The notes under the pieces: model-generated
Seen by the model: the letters and a program-made list of their open reading frames with translations, nothing else
The model's database searches: none
Told to the model about the DNA's origin: nothing
NCBI GenBank assembly: GCA_951804945.1
Contig: OX638151.1
Coordinates: 123,194,001 to 123,258,000 of the forward strand
DNA length: 64,000 nt
From: Podarcis cretensis
Lineage: Eukaryota
Direction of reading: 5' to 3'
Shown here: positions 47,518-60,456 of the stretch, piece by piece
Layout of the letters: the number at the start of each line of letters is the position of its first letter
How positions within the stretch are numbered: the first letter of the stretch is position 1
Translations under genes and position numbers: made by a program

Positions 47518-49879
47518 GTGATGTTCAGAACTATCCAATTTTAATATAAAATGGTTCACAGAGCAATGTTTAACATTTAAGCAGCAGCTCGTTAAATTTT
47601 GAATTCTTTTTTTCTGCTGCTTTCTGACCAGAGATTTACTCTAAAACATGAAGCACTATTTTCTACAAACTTTTTGCAAGAATTTACTAAGTACAGTATC
47701 TCATGTGGAATCTAGTTTTTTTCTGATGCTTTTTTAACTTAGATGGATTCAGTTGCTTAATAAAACCTCTAATAAAGTTAACCAGCCTCAAGATCTTTAG
47801 TAGAAGAGAAGCTGCCACAAAGAGATTTGATTTCAGTGATTTGCTGGTATGTTCAAGCTTTCCAAGCTGTCTCCTCTCCATCTCACCCCAACCCTGGCTT
47901 ATGTATACATTTAGTTTGCACATATGTATGTGCCAGTGCAGGTAGTTCAACTTTGCTGCACAATCAAACATATTTAAACTATGGTATGTTCAAAGTAAAC
48001 TCCACAAAATTATGTCAGCATCCTTTAAAAAGCATGTGTGTACACATCATGCATTCTAAGGATCGTGCATGCTAGTTCTCTGATGTGTTCAGTTTTCTTT
48101 AAAGTGACTGTAGCTTACTTTGGAGAGAACAGAAGCATCTAGGTAGCTCTGTCTCCCATAATATGCAGATTCCCCTAAAGCTACCATTGATTGGCTGTGG
48201 GTGAAAGAAGTGAAATAATGTTAAATGGCCAAGAGAAATAAAACGAAGACTACTGAAATTTCAGTATCTGATTTACCTTGTAATCCTAAACATATTGCGG
48301 GTGTTTGGTTTTAGTGGGACTTCCTTCTGAATAAGTGTTCCAAGAGCCACAGCCCAGAATGTGATGGGATTACAGGAGCAAGTAATTTAACTTTTTTCTT
48401 GATGTAAACTTTGTTTTCCATAGAGTAGAACTCTCGATATTTGAGAGAATTGATGAAGAACAATGCCTGCCAGATAGCTGAGCTGTTGTTTAACTTGGGA
48501 GGGGGTTTCCTATCAGCTATTAAATTCTGACAGGGCTAATTAGCACCTAGCAGTTGTTTATCTAATCAGTGCTAAATAGCTGATGAATGCTGATGAGGAA
48601 GGGGGTGGGCAATGAGATCTACAGTTGTTAAGCCCAGTATCCCAAAATGTTTGGTTTTTTATTTTTTATTTTTTCTGGGAAGGAAATAGGCTAGGAATGC
48701 TTGGACATTGCTTTATGCATAATATACGTAATATTATGTATAGATAATACCCTTTTTGCAAGGAACCCTGAAATAAATGTTCATGTTCTAGTTTGATTTT
48801 CTTTGGTGTTTGTTTTCTCCATCTTAATAAAATAATCATTACATTGAAGTATTCTCGAATGGTGTTTGGCAAACTTTCCTTACAAGGAAAGTTTATATTT
48901 CTGCTGTGACTGTGAATATAGCTGTGTCACATTGCATTTTTCTCATGTGCCCCATGTTTGTTTTCTTGTGCAATTCAGAATTGTTGCATGAATACAGCTT
49001 TTTAACTACAAACTTGAGATGCATATGCACACACACACAGTCACTAAGACTAGACTTGCGACAGTGTTCATTTTTGCACATATAGCACTATCATCACAAC
49101 ATTCCAAAATTCTAACTGTGAGTGTGGACATGAGCATACTGCCCCAAATATTTGATTTTCAAAAGTAAAATACATGCTTCTTTTTCACACTACCACTCTG
49201 TCTATGGCTGAATCAACATCTATATTGTAATGATTGAGACCTGCAGCTGAGAAATTGATGAGCCAGAACAAAATTCACCAGGTCAAAACTCTAAATTGGT
49301 TGCAACTTTGGTTGCTATGCTGTATAGGTTGTGTTTTGGACAACAAAAAATTTCTTTTAAAAGAACTTGTTCTGGTTTCTCAGTGAAGTGGACAAAATTC
49401 CCGATGATTTGAATGGGCCTAAATTGCAGGATTGAGATATTTGTATCCTAATACATGGATAAAACTAACTTTTCATGAGTGATGAATGTCAAATGCAATT
49501 TTGCAGGTGCCTTGCATTCTTGAGCCACATATTGCGTTTGTATTTGAGGATCAGCTCAAATTGGCATTAAAAATATAGTAGCACAGTTCAAACTTTCAGC
49601 TGTGAATTCTTTACTCTTTCATTGTAAATAAGCTTAGTGAGTCAGCTTCGTTTGGAGTAATCTTGTAGATCGCAGGAGGATTACACCTGAGTAGGAGTTT
49701 TGAGGCGTGCTGCTAAAAACAGCTTCAGGTTTTCTTATTTGAGACATATGTCACATATGTGACATATTAAGTCATATTTGTGTAAATACGTCTTAAAATC
49801 AGGAATTGCATGGAAGTAAGTTTTACTCAGCAATGATTTTCTGACAGCAAAGTGTAGGAACATGTTGATTAGCTAAATG

Positions 49880-50041
49880 CAGTGCTTTTTTCTGGGGGAC
49901 GCTTACCCCTAAACATTTTGTGAATCTTTGTACTTTTGTCCATTTACTGTATTTATTTCCCCCGATTTGAACTATATAATGGTGTTTTTATTGAGTCAAA
50001 ATGAGAGTACCCCTAAATATTTTTTTAGAAAAAAAGCACTG
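49880..50041. mobile_element. hAT MITE
   Basis: TIR CAGTGCTTTTTT; perfect 8-bp TSD GCTAAATG. Partial copy at about 30711-30753. Confidence 0.9.
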
Positions 50042-50247
50042 GCTAAATGTAATATATAATGTATCCAGAATTGCAAGATATCTGTTTCGTGACAGATAGT
50101 TGTCATAGAATATGTTTATAAACATAATGTTTTAATTCCTCAATCACTTTATAATAGTTTTCATGTTTCTAGACAATTGACACAAAATTCAACAAAGCAG
50201 ATTTTATTTTTAGTTCTTCACTGCACAGTATCCTGCCCAGCTGCTGC

Positions 50248-50320
50248 TTCCTCCTCCTCCTCCTCCTCCTCCTCCTCCTCCTCTTCTTCTTCTTCTTCTT
50301 CTTCTTCTTCTTCTTCTTCT
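50248..50320. repeat. Compound microsatellite (CCT)n(CTT)n
   Basis: Directly visible. Other microsatellites: (TG)n at about 1643-1674, 5455-5487, 20226-20268, 28458-28492; (CAG)n 33256-33281; (GTT)n about 36380-36407; (TTA)n 44977-45001; (TATG)n 51297-51327. Confidence 0.95.
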
Positions 50321-51115
50321 GTTGCATGAGAAGAGAACAGTCTTGTCTAAAAAAATAAAATCCCTAATGACAGTCACACAGTTTTGGAAAATAGATTTTT
50401 TTTAAAAAAGAAGTGACAAAATGGTGAGCAATATGTCTGTTTTAGAGCTATATAAAGAACCATCAGAAAGTGCTCAGCCTCTAATGAAGTAAAAATCCTT
50501 AAAAATGCTGAAGTTCACAAAAGGATACAACTGTTGAGGAGGAAGTGAATATGTTTGTTATCTCCACTGATGTTTCAGATACTGATCAATAGGCATTGTG
50601 TGCTTAGTGTTGGGGAAAATGTAAGATCTCCTCAGCTCATTGCACTGGAAACACAATCAGCCCAGGCTCTATAATTATGTATTTTAGACATGTATTTTAG
50701 AGTTAGTTTTGAAATATTTACAGTGCAAATTAATTTTAATTCAAGTGCATTTTGAAATTAGATTAATGCTTTCTAGAGAAATAATGTTTCCCCTACTTCT
50801 TCAATCTATTAGAATAACTCTGATTTTCTTAAGGATTTCCCAAAGCAACATTAGCTTTCCCTTTCATTGCTAGGAAGGTGAAGGCAGTTTGCATGCACAA
50901 GGAGCACCCTGGCTTTTGAATACTCCTCCAGGGAGACTCTCCTAGTGCTGAATTTCACATCCTGTCAGCACCCATTTATAATCCTTGTTTTTTAGACCTG
51001 CTAGAGCTTTTTGATTAGTTTCCTGCCTTGTCTTATGTTGACTTTGCTGTTGTAAGTTTTACTATTATGATTTTACAAACTTGTTGGGTCGGTGCAAGCA
51101 TGCACATAAACTGAA

Positions 51116-51176
51116 TGGCGTGCTCTGGTCCATGGGGGTCACGAAGAGTTGGACACGACTAAACAACAACAACAAA
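51116..51176 (+). mobile_element. BovB extreme 3' end
   Basis: TGGCGTGCTCTGGTCCATGGGGGTCACGAAGAGTTGGACACGACTAAA followed by (CAA)n. Confidence 0.85.
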
Positions 51177-52699
51177 TAAAGACACCAGTCCAGCATTTAC
51201 ACCACAGAGCATATTGGCTGTTTGGGCTGGATATTGGTTTATTTCCATGTGCTGGTTTGAGTGATATACATCCAAAAGTGAAGCATGTGTGCACCATGTA
51301 TGTATGTATGTATGTATGTATGTATGTGTTGTCTTTTAAAAACACAAATAACACTGAGGAAAATGGCTGCACATGGCATTTACAGAGAATTTAAATTTCA
51401 TACCATTTAGATAGATGCAACATAAGGCTGTTCTAAGTTACAGAAGCTTGTGATTTTTACTTTCTAAGCATTATTCTAATTACTGTAGAAACCCGGGCAA
51501 TCTGTGCAGTTTGTTAGCTTCATATTTGCTGCCTTCTGTAAGCTTGATTATATTTAGGTTAGGCCTGGATTAATACTGGTTTACGATTACTACTTACAGC
51601 ACATTATCATTACAGATCTGTATGTGTAGTTGTGGTAACTAATTAAAGTGCTGCAGATGCTGCTGCCTAAGCCAATTTAAGAACAAAAGCATGAATTTCC
51701 AGTTACGTGAGCTAGATAATGACAATTCCTTAACATGCTTGTTGCCCTTGAGTTATGTCCTGGTTAGCCGGCGTTGATCTGTGTCTCACTTTTCCTCAGT
51801 GCACATTTCAGCTGTTGGGTAGTCTGAGTTACCTCTTTCTCTTGGTCCTCCCTGCCACAAAGAGTCCTTACTGACAAGCTTCAGGTCATATGCAAGTTGC
51901 ATGTACACGGTGTAATTACTTCCTCCACTTCTTGTCTTACTGTTGTCTTGCTAGAATGTAAGTTTCAGTACTCACAACTGCAAGCTATCTGTAGCTACAG
52001 CATTGATTTCTGATCTTTCAAACATTTCTTTCTACTATGAATCATAATTGCTTCTTTGCTCAAGTTTTGAACAGTTCACAGTATTTCAATTAGCTGCAAA
52101 ATGTTTGTTTTTTAAAAATTGTGTTGAAGTCAGGAAATTATTATTAAGAAAATATCCTATACTATTTTAAGTCTTTAATTTGGGTGCCAGTGTTCCTTGT
52201 CAATGTAATTTTGTCCATGTAATATTTAGAATTTGGTGAGTGCAATCATTCATACGTGAATGTTAACTTTACCAGACACTCTTGTGGATGTTGGAAAACT
52301 CAGATACTTCAGTGAAGCATTTAAATGTGATTGGCAATATTTATTTTAGTATGCCTGAAAGCTGGATAAATAAATATCTATTCTGGGATATCCATAACAT
52401 CAATCTGAAATGTGAATCTTGACAGTCACCAAATTTTGGGTTATTGATATAAAATATATAGGAAAATGTGGATTGGAGCTTTACATATTAATATACGCTA
52501 ATGTTAAAAAATGCATAGTCCACCTGAGAAAACCTTTAACTTCACTTCTTGGATTTAGTATGCAGATTTGAATAGTGTCTCCACCCCCACTGGTCCTTTC
52601 ATATAAATTTAAACCTAAATATGTAACATTTCCATTATTCACAGCACTGCTCACTATGCTTTAGATGCACAAACAAATTGTTCATCAAATTCTTTGTTA

Positions 52700-52957
52700 C
52701 CGTATTTTTTGCTCTATAAGACTCACTTTTTCCCTTCTAAAAAGTAAAGGGAAATGTGTGTGCATCTTATGGAGTGAATGCAGGCTGTGCAGCTATCCCA
52801 GAAGCCAGAACAGCAAGAGGGATTGCAGCTTTCACTGCGCAGCAATCCCTCTTGCTGTTCTGGCTTCTGAGTTTCAGAATATTTTTTTCTTGTTTTCCTC
52901 CTCCAAAAACTAGGTGCATCTTGTGGTCTGGTGCGTCTTATAGAGCGAAAAATACAG
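52700..52957. mobile_element. Tc2/pogo-like MITE
   Basis: TIR CCGTATTTTT.GCTCTATAAGAC, TA TSD; inverted copy of 26002-26254. Confidence 0.9.
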
Positions 52958-54112
52958 TACTTGCCTTGTAGAATACAATTTTATGAATAGGATATGGGGC
53001 TGTAGTTGAGTAATTATAGGAACTATAAGGTTAAAAGGTTGCATTAGTAATTTGTGAAGCATTTCATATCACTTCTGCAGTGGTTCTTCCTTTTTTTATT
53101 TATTTTGCTGTTATTTTTAAGAAGAGTTGCCTTGGGCAAGGGTTACATACCAATTGCTCCAGTCTTTCTCCTCCCCTTTCATTCACAGGAAGTAATTATA
53201 TCCACCCTTTTCTGTCTTTGTTTTATACAAAGAGAAATCACCCCTTTTCTCACCAGTCCTAACTCTCTGCGGTGTCATCTGTCAATAGTGAGTTGGAAAT
53301 AAAATTGGCATTCAAAGATTACATGGGATCTTGTTTTAATTTCCCAAAAATCTTATGCTGACCATTTCTTTGTTTTTTATAAGATTATGTGTGCATCAAG
53401 AAAACACAAGCACAAAATAATACTTCAGTTATTCCCTGTCCTTTTATTTTATTTTTAAAGTGTAAGTTTTAATCAGTTTCACATCTAAATTTCTGAAGAG
53501 TTATTCTCCTGGAGAGATCATATTTTCTTGGTTGAGCTAGGAAAACTTTAGTTCTCATTCACGACTTGTTTGCTTCCTACTCCCCAGCAGACTGTGTGGG
53601 CTCTATGGTTCTGCAACAAATGCAAAAGTGACATGTTTGAGGGATCTTTGGCAGTTGTGGAGGTTGGGAGTGTCTGGGCAAGTAATTGTTTTGTTTGTTT
53701 TGGAGGTATGAATAATGGGAGGTATCAGCAGGTAAGTTCTATAGTCTCCCTGCGGAGACATGTGTCATATTTGAACCATGGGTGTCCTCCACCCTCTCCC
53801 ACCAGCTACTCTTACGTAGTACTGAGATGAAATGGCATGTGTTTTTTTACAAACCCTTTCACACACATATCCCACAAAACAATTCCCCTCTTTTCCTTAG
53901 TCTCTTTCATTCACTTGTGGAACTGTTCAGGAGAAGAAGAAACACATTGTCAATACCGAGGCACCATGCTTCATTTGCCTTCACTAGTCATACTTAACTG
54001 CGTGACTAGAGTTGGATCAAGGTGTGTCAAATGTTGCTAAGGGCTGCCAAAAAAGGCCTTGGGGGCCACATGCACCCCTCAGACTGTGCATTGGACCACC
54101 ATGGCTCTAAGC

Positions 54113-54249
54113 CAGGCTTCCTCAACCTCTGCCCTCCAGATGTTTTTGGCCTGCAACTCCCATGATCCCTAGCTAGCAGGACCAGTGGTCAGGGATGATG
54201 GGAATTGTAGTCTCAAAACTACAAGGAGGGCTGAGGTTGAGGAAGCCTG
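54113..54249. mobile_element. hAT MITE, same family as 1419-1554
   Basis: TIR CAGGCTTCCTCAACCTC; TSD CTCTAAGC/CCCTAAGC. Confidence 0.9.
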
Positions 54250-54631
54250 CCCTAAGCATTAGACATACTCCTAGTTCATTCTCTCTCTTTCTCTCTCTCT
54301 TCAAATTCAGAGTTTGCTCTTAGAACAAAGGCCTGTTTCTCTGCCTCATCCAAATTTTAGAGAAACTGTTCTCCCTGTAATTGTCTAAAAACACAGTAGC
54401 TAAGGATCCTGGTCCTTTCTGTCCTCCCTGTAATTACAGCACTGCTCCCTACACACAAACCTAAGAGAGTTGTTGGAAAAATTAATGGAACTGAAGAAGC
54501 AAGGAGAATCTTAGATTTACAAATACATTCCTGTCTGGTCATGTGGAAGTAATTTTTTTCCTTAGGTGGCCAAATGACCAATACTTGGCCGGTCTTTTCA
54601 GCCTCCTGTAAGAGCCGGTCTATGTAAATAA

Positions 54632-55134
54632 TTGTTGTTGTTGTTTAGTCGTTTAGTCGTGTCCGACTCTTCGAGACCCCCTGGACCAGAGCATGCCAGG
54701 CACTCCTGACTTCCACTGACTCCCGCAGTTTGGTCAGACTCATGTTTGTAGCTTCGAGAACACTGTCCCTCCATCTGGTCCTCTGTCGTCCCCTTCTCCT
54801 TGTGCCCTCCATCTTTCCCAACATCAGGGTCTTTTCCAGGGAGTCTTCTCTTCTCATGAGGTGGCCAAAGTATTGGAGCCTCAGCTTCACGATCTGTCCT
54901 TCCCGTGAGCACTCAGGGCTGATTTCCTTAAGAATGGAGAGGTTTGATCTTCTTGCAGTCCATGGGACTCTCAAGAGTCTCCTCCAGCACCAGAATTCAA
55001 AAGAATCAATTCTTCGGCAATCAGCCTTCTTTATGGTCCATCTCTCACTTCCATACATCACTACTGGGAAAACCATGGCTTTAACTATGCGGACCTTTGT
55101 TGGCAAGGTGATGTCTCTGCTTTTTAAGATGCTG
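54632..55134 (-). mobile_element. BovB (RTE) LINE 3' fragment
   Basis: ORF 54645-55106, TKVRIVKAMVFPVVMYGSERWTIKKAD...; (CAA)n tail; 10-bp TSD ATGTAAATAA (54622-54631, 55135-55144). Confidence 0.95.
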
Positions 55135-55639
55135 ATGTAAATAAATAATAGCTGACCTATATATTTTCCTATATCAGGATAGGGAAACTATTTATAAACC
55201 TGTTTAACCATCAAGTGTGAAAATTGGGTAAAAAACAACAACACATTTACTGAAGGTTAAAACTGTATCATTTGGGGGCTTAGAAGAGTATGGTTTGCAC
55301 AGCTTTTACAAACTATGACCCATAAGGATTATCTACATTCCTGTTGTGTATAAAGTGACTATTGGCTTCAATGATAAAAGGTCACTTTCTGTAGTGTACA
55401 GAGGTTCAACAAATGTAAATATCAGAATATCTATTGAAATTTTTTTTAATGGTATTTATTTAGTGTTTCTCATTGGACCTCACAGTTTGCATAAAATTAG
55501 GGCTGTGCACCCACTTGGGGTTTGAAACGCACAAGGCTTTCCTCACACAGCACTTTTGCACATTGTGCTTTGCAGTTGTATATGTCTTTGCGCACTAACG
55601 ATACCTAAAGCCAGAGTTACCATCCTTGTTCTCTGTCTG

Positions 55640-55760
55640 TTGTTTGGGGAAGTTTTTAATGTTTGAAGTTTTATTCTGTTTTTAATGTTCTGTTGAAAGC
55701 CGCCCAAAGTGGCTGGGGAAACCCAGCCAGATGGGTGGGGTAGAAATAATAAATTAGATG
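55640..55760 (+). mobile_element. L2 3' end fragment
   Basis: GTGGCTGGGGAAACCCAGCCAGATGGG stem-loop. Confidence 0.8.
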
Positions 55761-55819
55761 ATGATAATGATTGACAACAGTGGGTGTGCTTCTGAAGTAG
55801 TGCACATTGATGCTCACTA

Positions 55820-56052
55820 CAGTGGTACAGTGGTACTCAGGTTACAGGCGCTTCAGGTTACACACTCTGCTAACCCAGAAATAGTACCTCGGGTTAAGAA
55901 CTTTGCTTCAGGATGAGAACAGAAATCGTGCAGTGGCGGCGCGGCGGCAGCAGGAGGCCGCATTAGCTAATGTGGTGCTTCAGGTTAAGAACAGTTTCAG
56001 GTTAAGAACGGACCTCCAGAACGAATTAAGTTCGTAACCAGAGGTACCACTG
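55820..56052. mobile_element. Tigger-like MITE, inverted relative to 13825-14309
   Basis: CAGTGGTA duplicated at the left end; GAGGTACCACTG followed by TA at the right end. Confidence 0.9.
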
Positions 56053-56390
56053 TACTTTCCTGTCCATCGTGTTTTCCAAGCGCTGGCAGAAACAGCAACA
56101 CCTCAACGCACTTGCACACACATTTTTCCTTCTTCATGTTTTAAGATATCACACTTTTTTATTCACTGGAAGTCAAGTAGGAGAGGGGGAGTGGCACAGC
56201 CCTGCAATGTCACTAGGTCCACCACAGTAGGAAGTGACCTACAGAAACGCTATCTGTGTACACTTGGTGGCAAGAAGTGTTTAAGAAGTGCATTCTTGGC
56301 ACAAATTGGATTAAAACTGTTCATGCAGAATACACTTTAGATCAACGAGTCATGTAGGGCACGATCCACATGGGAACAATGTTATATGTA

Positions 56391-56721
56391 AAGGGGGGAC
56401 CCCTGACCATTAGGTCCACTTGTGGCCGACTCTGGGGTTGCGGTGCTCATCTCGCTTTATTGGCCGAGGGAGCCGGCGTACAGCTTCCGGGTCATGTGGC
56501 CAGCATGACTAAGCTGCTTCTGGCGAACCAGAGCAGCGCACAGAAACACCATTTACCTTCCTGCTGGAGTGGTACCTATTTATCTACTTGTACTTTGACG
56601 TGCTTTCAAACTGCTAGGTTGGGAGGAGCAGGGACCGAGCAACGGGAGCTCACCCCGTTGCGGGGATTCGGACCCCCGACCTAGGCTCTGTGGTTTAACC
56701 CACAGCGCCACCCGCATCCCT
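56391..56721 (-). mobile_element. Sauria SINE (older subfamily)
   Basis: Full body flanked by ATGTTATATGTA. Confidence 0.92.
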
Positions 56722-56734
56722 TATGTTATATGTA

Positions 56735-57105
56735 AAAGGTAAAGGTAAAGGTACCCCTGCCCGTACGGGCCAGTCCTGTCCGACTCTAGGGTTGTGCGCC
56801 CATCTCACTTAAGAGGCCGGGGGCCAGTGCTGTCTGAAGACACTTCCAGGTCACGTGGCCAGCGTGACAAAGCTGCTCTGGCAAGCCAGCACCAGCGCAG
56901 CACACGGAAACGCCGTTTACCTTCCCGCTAGAAAGCGGTACCTATTTATCTACTTGCACTTAAGGGTGCTTTCGAACTGCTAGGTGGGCAGGAGCTGGGA
57001 CCGAAAGACGGGAGCTCACCCCGCCGCGGGGATTTGAACCGCTGACCATGCGATCGGCAAGTCCTAGGCACTGAGGTTTTACCCACAGCGCCACCCGTGT
57101 CCCCA
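56735..57105 (-). mobile_element. Sauria SINE (younger subfamily)
   Basis: GGTACCCCTGCCCGTACGGGCC 3' end as in 46130-46501; flanked by TATGTTATATGTA. Confidence 0.93.
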
Positions 57106-58298
57106 TATGTTATATGTACAGCACCCCAAAAACGCACGTATATATGAATGCACTTTGGCATTTCAACAACAAACATTTATTCTTATTTTTATTTTAAAGT
57201 TACAATAGGATGGAAAAGGAAACTTGTTTGTTTAGAAGAAACGGTGAGAAGCAATTTGTCTTCAAGTCACTTCCTCTGAATGGAGCATTTTTTCCTCTGC
57301 AGAGAAAGCCACTTATACCAAGTGGAGAAAGTGAGCCCTTTTGGCTGCCCTAGGGAGTGACTCCTTCTCAGTGCTGACAGGGAGCCCTGCTTGCAAAGGA
57401 GGAACTGGAAGCTCCACTTTAAGTTCCCAATTGCTCCTTGAAGCCCTGTCTGAAACTACTCCACATCTGATATCACATATGACATCAGGTGTGGGGCAGG
57501 TGGACATGGATTGTGGGAAATGGTTTTGCTGGGCCTAATTAGACCAGAGAGGCTTCCCACGGTTGTTACCGTATATGAATTAACTACTGATGCCCTGCGC
57601 CTCTGTAGTGAATGTATGATGCTGCCTTACTGTCAACCATCCAGCTCAACAATGCCTGTTCCATCTTCTCCCAGGTTGGAGAACTCCAACTATCATCAAC
57701 TCCCAGAAACGTTCCTTTCCATTAAAGATTTTATTTCCTAATACTGAGTAGAAAGAAAGTAATAATGTGCATTTAGGTCATCTCACTTTAATGCTAGAAT
57801 TAGATTTTCTGATGTAATTGCTAGCAGCTAGACAAACTGGTTTGATGAAATGTTAATTTAAGAATACAGCTCTTGTGTCATTTATAATATGTAGGCATGA
57901 ACGGGTTTTTGTTTTTAGTTTTTAGCAAGAATACAAAATGAAGTCCTTCCTTCACATTTATATAATATAGAACATGTCTTAGCCAAAGCAAACAAAACCA
58001 TGAATGCTTTGTTAATCATCCATAACTAATTTGTACATACTCTGGAAAGAAAATTGAATCTGCTTGTGATGTAACTTTTTATTTGGAATTGGTAAATTAA
58101 AGTGAAACAAAGTTGAGCAAATATTGACAATAAAATGTATGTCATAGGCATTGTTTCTTGATGCAATATGATAAAATACAATAGGATAAAAGTTGACTGG
58201 CAAAATAAGTATCTCTACATAGATTCAAAAATAACTACATCTTTTTAAGAACGGTAAAGAACTGCAGCATATACATACATACATAATTTTATCTCTAT

Positions 58299-58430
58299 GT
58301 TACAGATAGGTAGCCGTGTTGGTCTGCCATAGTCAAAACAAAATAAAAAAATTCCTTCCAGTAGCACCTTAAAGACCAACTAAGTTAGTTCTTGGTATGA
58401 GCTTTCGTGTGCATGCACACTTCTTCAGAT
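58299..58430 (-). mobile_element. Penelope pLTR fragment with hammerhead core
   Basis: Essentially identical to 34216-34347, differing in A-run length; truncated within the 5' strand of hammerhead stem I. Confidence 0.9.
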
Positions 58431-59826
58431 GATTATTGCAGAGGATAGAAGTAGGCTATTTGCTAAGGTTGTAAATAAATGTATACACAATTGACTACAG
58501 TTCTCTTCACTGAAATATATAGGCTGTGTTTATTAAGAAAAATAGCATGCAGAAACATGCATATATTTACATAAATCCTAATCCTCAGGAGACTCAATGT
58601 TCTGTTGTTATTTATTTCTCCTCTGATGATAACAGCTTTATATATCCAATTCAAATTTGCATACTTTGTGACATTACTGTTAAGACACAGTGTATCATTA
58701 AAAAGTTTCAAAAGACATGGGAGGTGTTGTAAAGGTGAATTGGGAAAGACTACAACTTTGAACACCTCCTCCTTAGTGACTGTTTGCATAAGCGTTTTGC
58801 TGAAGGTGTTTCAATTCCAGTACCTGTGTTCTCTATGTATTTCTGAGTCCTCCCTGTTGCTCTTATTTTCACTCTCAATCATATACAGATTTATTTTCAC
58901 ATAGTTAAATAGCATTCTTAACATGGCGTTTAATAGAACTGGGCAGGGCAAGGCACCTAATTCATGTTTGAATCATGGTTTCAAGTTGGCTGGTTTCAAA
59001 CTAACTTTAACTGTGGTTTTGTAGTTCAAAAATCCAACGATATTGTGATTAAGCAAAAGCTTCTAAACTCTTCTTCTCATTTGTGCCAAAGGAGGGGAGG
59101 GGAAGCTTGGAAGCTCAAGGCTCACTCAGGCTTATTCGTGTCGTGCTTAACTCATCTAAACACAGCCTTAGGCTGTTTCTTCCTTTCAGAAAAGACTCTG
59201 AGAGGCAAATGATTTGGGCATTGTGTTTTTATGTGTTTCGAAAGGTCTGCAACATTCACCTGAGAATCTCCAATGAAATTCTGAAAGATAGAATCATAGA
59301 ATCATATATATAAGAAAACATTCCAACACTTTCTTTCACAAGGAACAAAGTAAACTACGTTGATTTAGATGTATTATTTTCTTAATTTTATTATTAAACA
59401 AGGTAGGTATATAAACGTAGCTCACATAACAAAGAAAATGCTTCTTCTATAATAATTAAATACATGCACATGGGTAAATATCATCATTGTTCTGTCATAT
59501 ATTTTATAAGTTGGTGCTCTTCGTTGGCTCAGATGTAGTGACTAAATTTTATCATCTGTGCTACTTGCCAAGTAATGTACCGTTGAGTTGTAAAACATTT
59601 TCAGTAAGCTGGGACATTTATTCTTGCAGAACATAATACATTTATTTGCAAATTCCATGTCAGAATTACCCACCTCTCACCTTATAAATCACACACACAA
59701 AAATATTATTGGATCCTTTGAATGTGCACAGCGTGTCGTGTATTTAAGTCACTGTATCATTTTTCCAATATGTGGATAGAACCCCAAATGTAGAAAATCT
59801 CTTAAATGCTTGCTGCACTATCTATA

Positions 59827-60056
59827 CAGTCATACCTCGGAAGTCAAATAGAATCTGTTCTGGAAGTCTGTTCGGCTTCCGAAACATTCGACTTCCAAAG
59901 CGCAACTCCTGCAGCCAATCGGAAGCTGTGGAAGCCCCGTCGGATGTTCGGCTTCCAAAAGAACGTTTGAAAACCGGAACACTCACTTTCGGTTTTTGAT
60001 CGTTTGGGAGCCGAAATGTTCGACACCCAAGGCATTTGGGAGCTGAGGTACGACTA
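59827..60056. mobile_element. Tigger-like MITE, family of 14364-14586
   Basis: TA followed by CAGTCATACCTCGGAAGTC...GAGGTACGACT. Confidence 0.85.
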
Positions 60057-60456
60057 TTATATTGTTGGCAGCAACATAACCCTCATTGGCTAGTGAATAG
60101 TTGGCTGAGATGAAAAACCTGGCCATTCTTCGTGTACCTCCTCCACAAGAGGTCCGGAGGGTGGCAACACGAGAATGGGCTTTTGCTGCAGTGGAATGCT
60201 CTCCCCGGAGAGGTTTCCTCTTGTTGATGGTGTGTTTTGTGTTTTTATTTTGTGATTTTATCTTGTGACTTGAGACTCGAGGGTATAGACAATTCTGCAA
60301 GAGCTCCTGGAAAAGTTTTACTTTAGTTTTCTTTTTTATGTTGGTCCAGTGTTCAGATGCCCACCTCCCATAAAAATAGCAGCAAGAAAGAGACCATTTT
60401 CCACTGAGGCCAAGATGGTTTCCCACTTTCAAAGCTAGTCCCACTTGCCTCTAGCA

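Noticed and set aside
47254-47559. 101-aa ORF
   Set aside because: Artefact of translating through the N gap.
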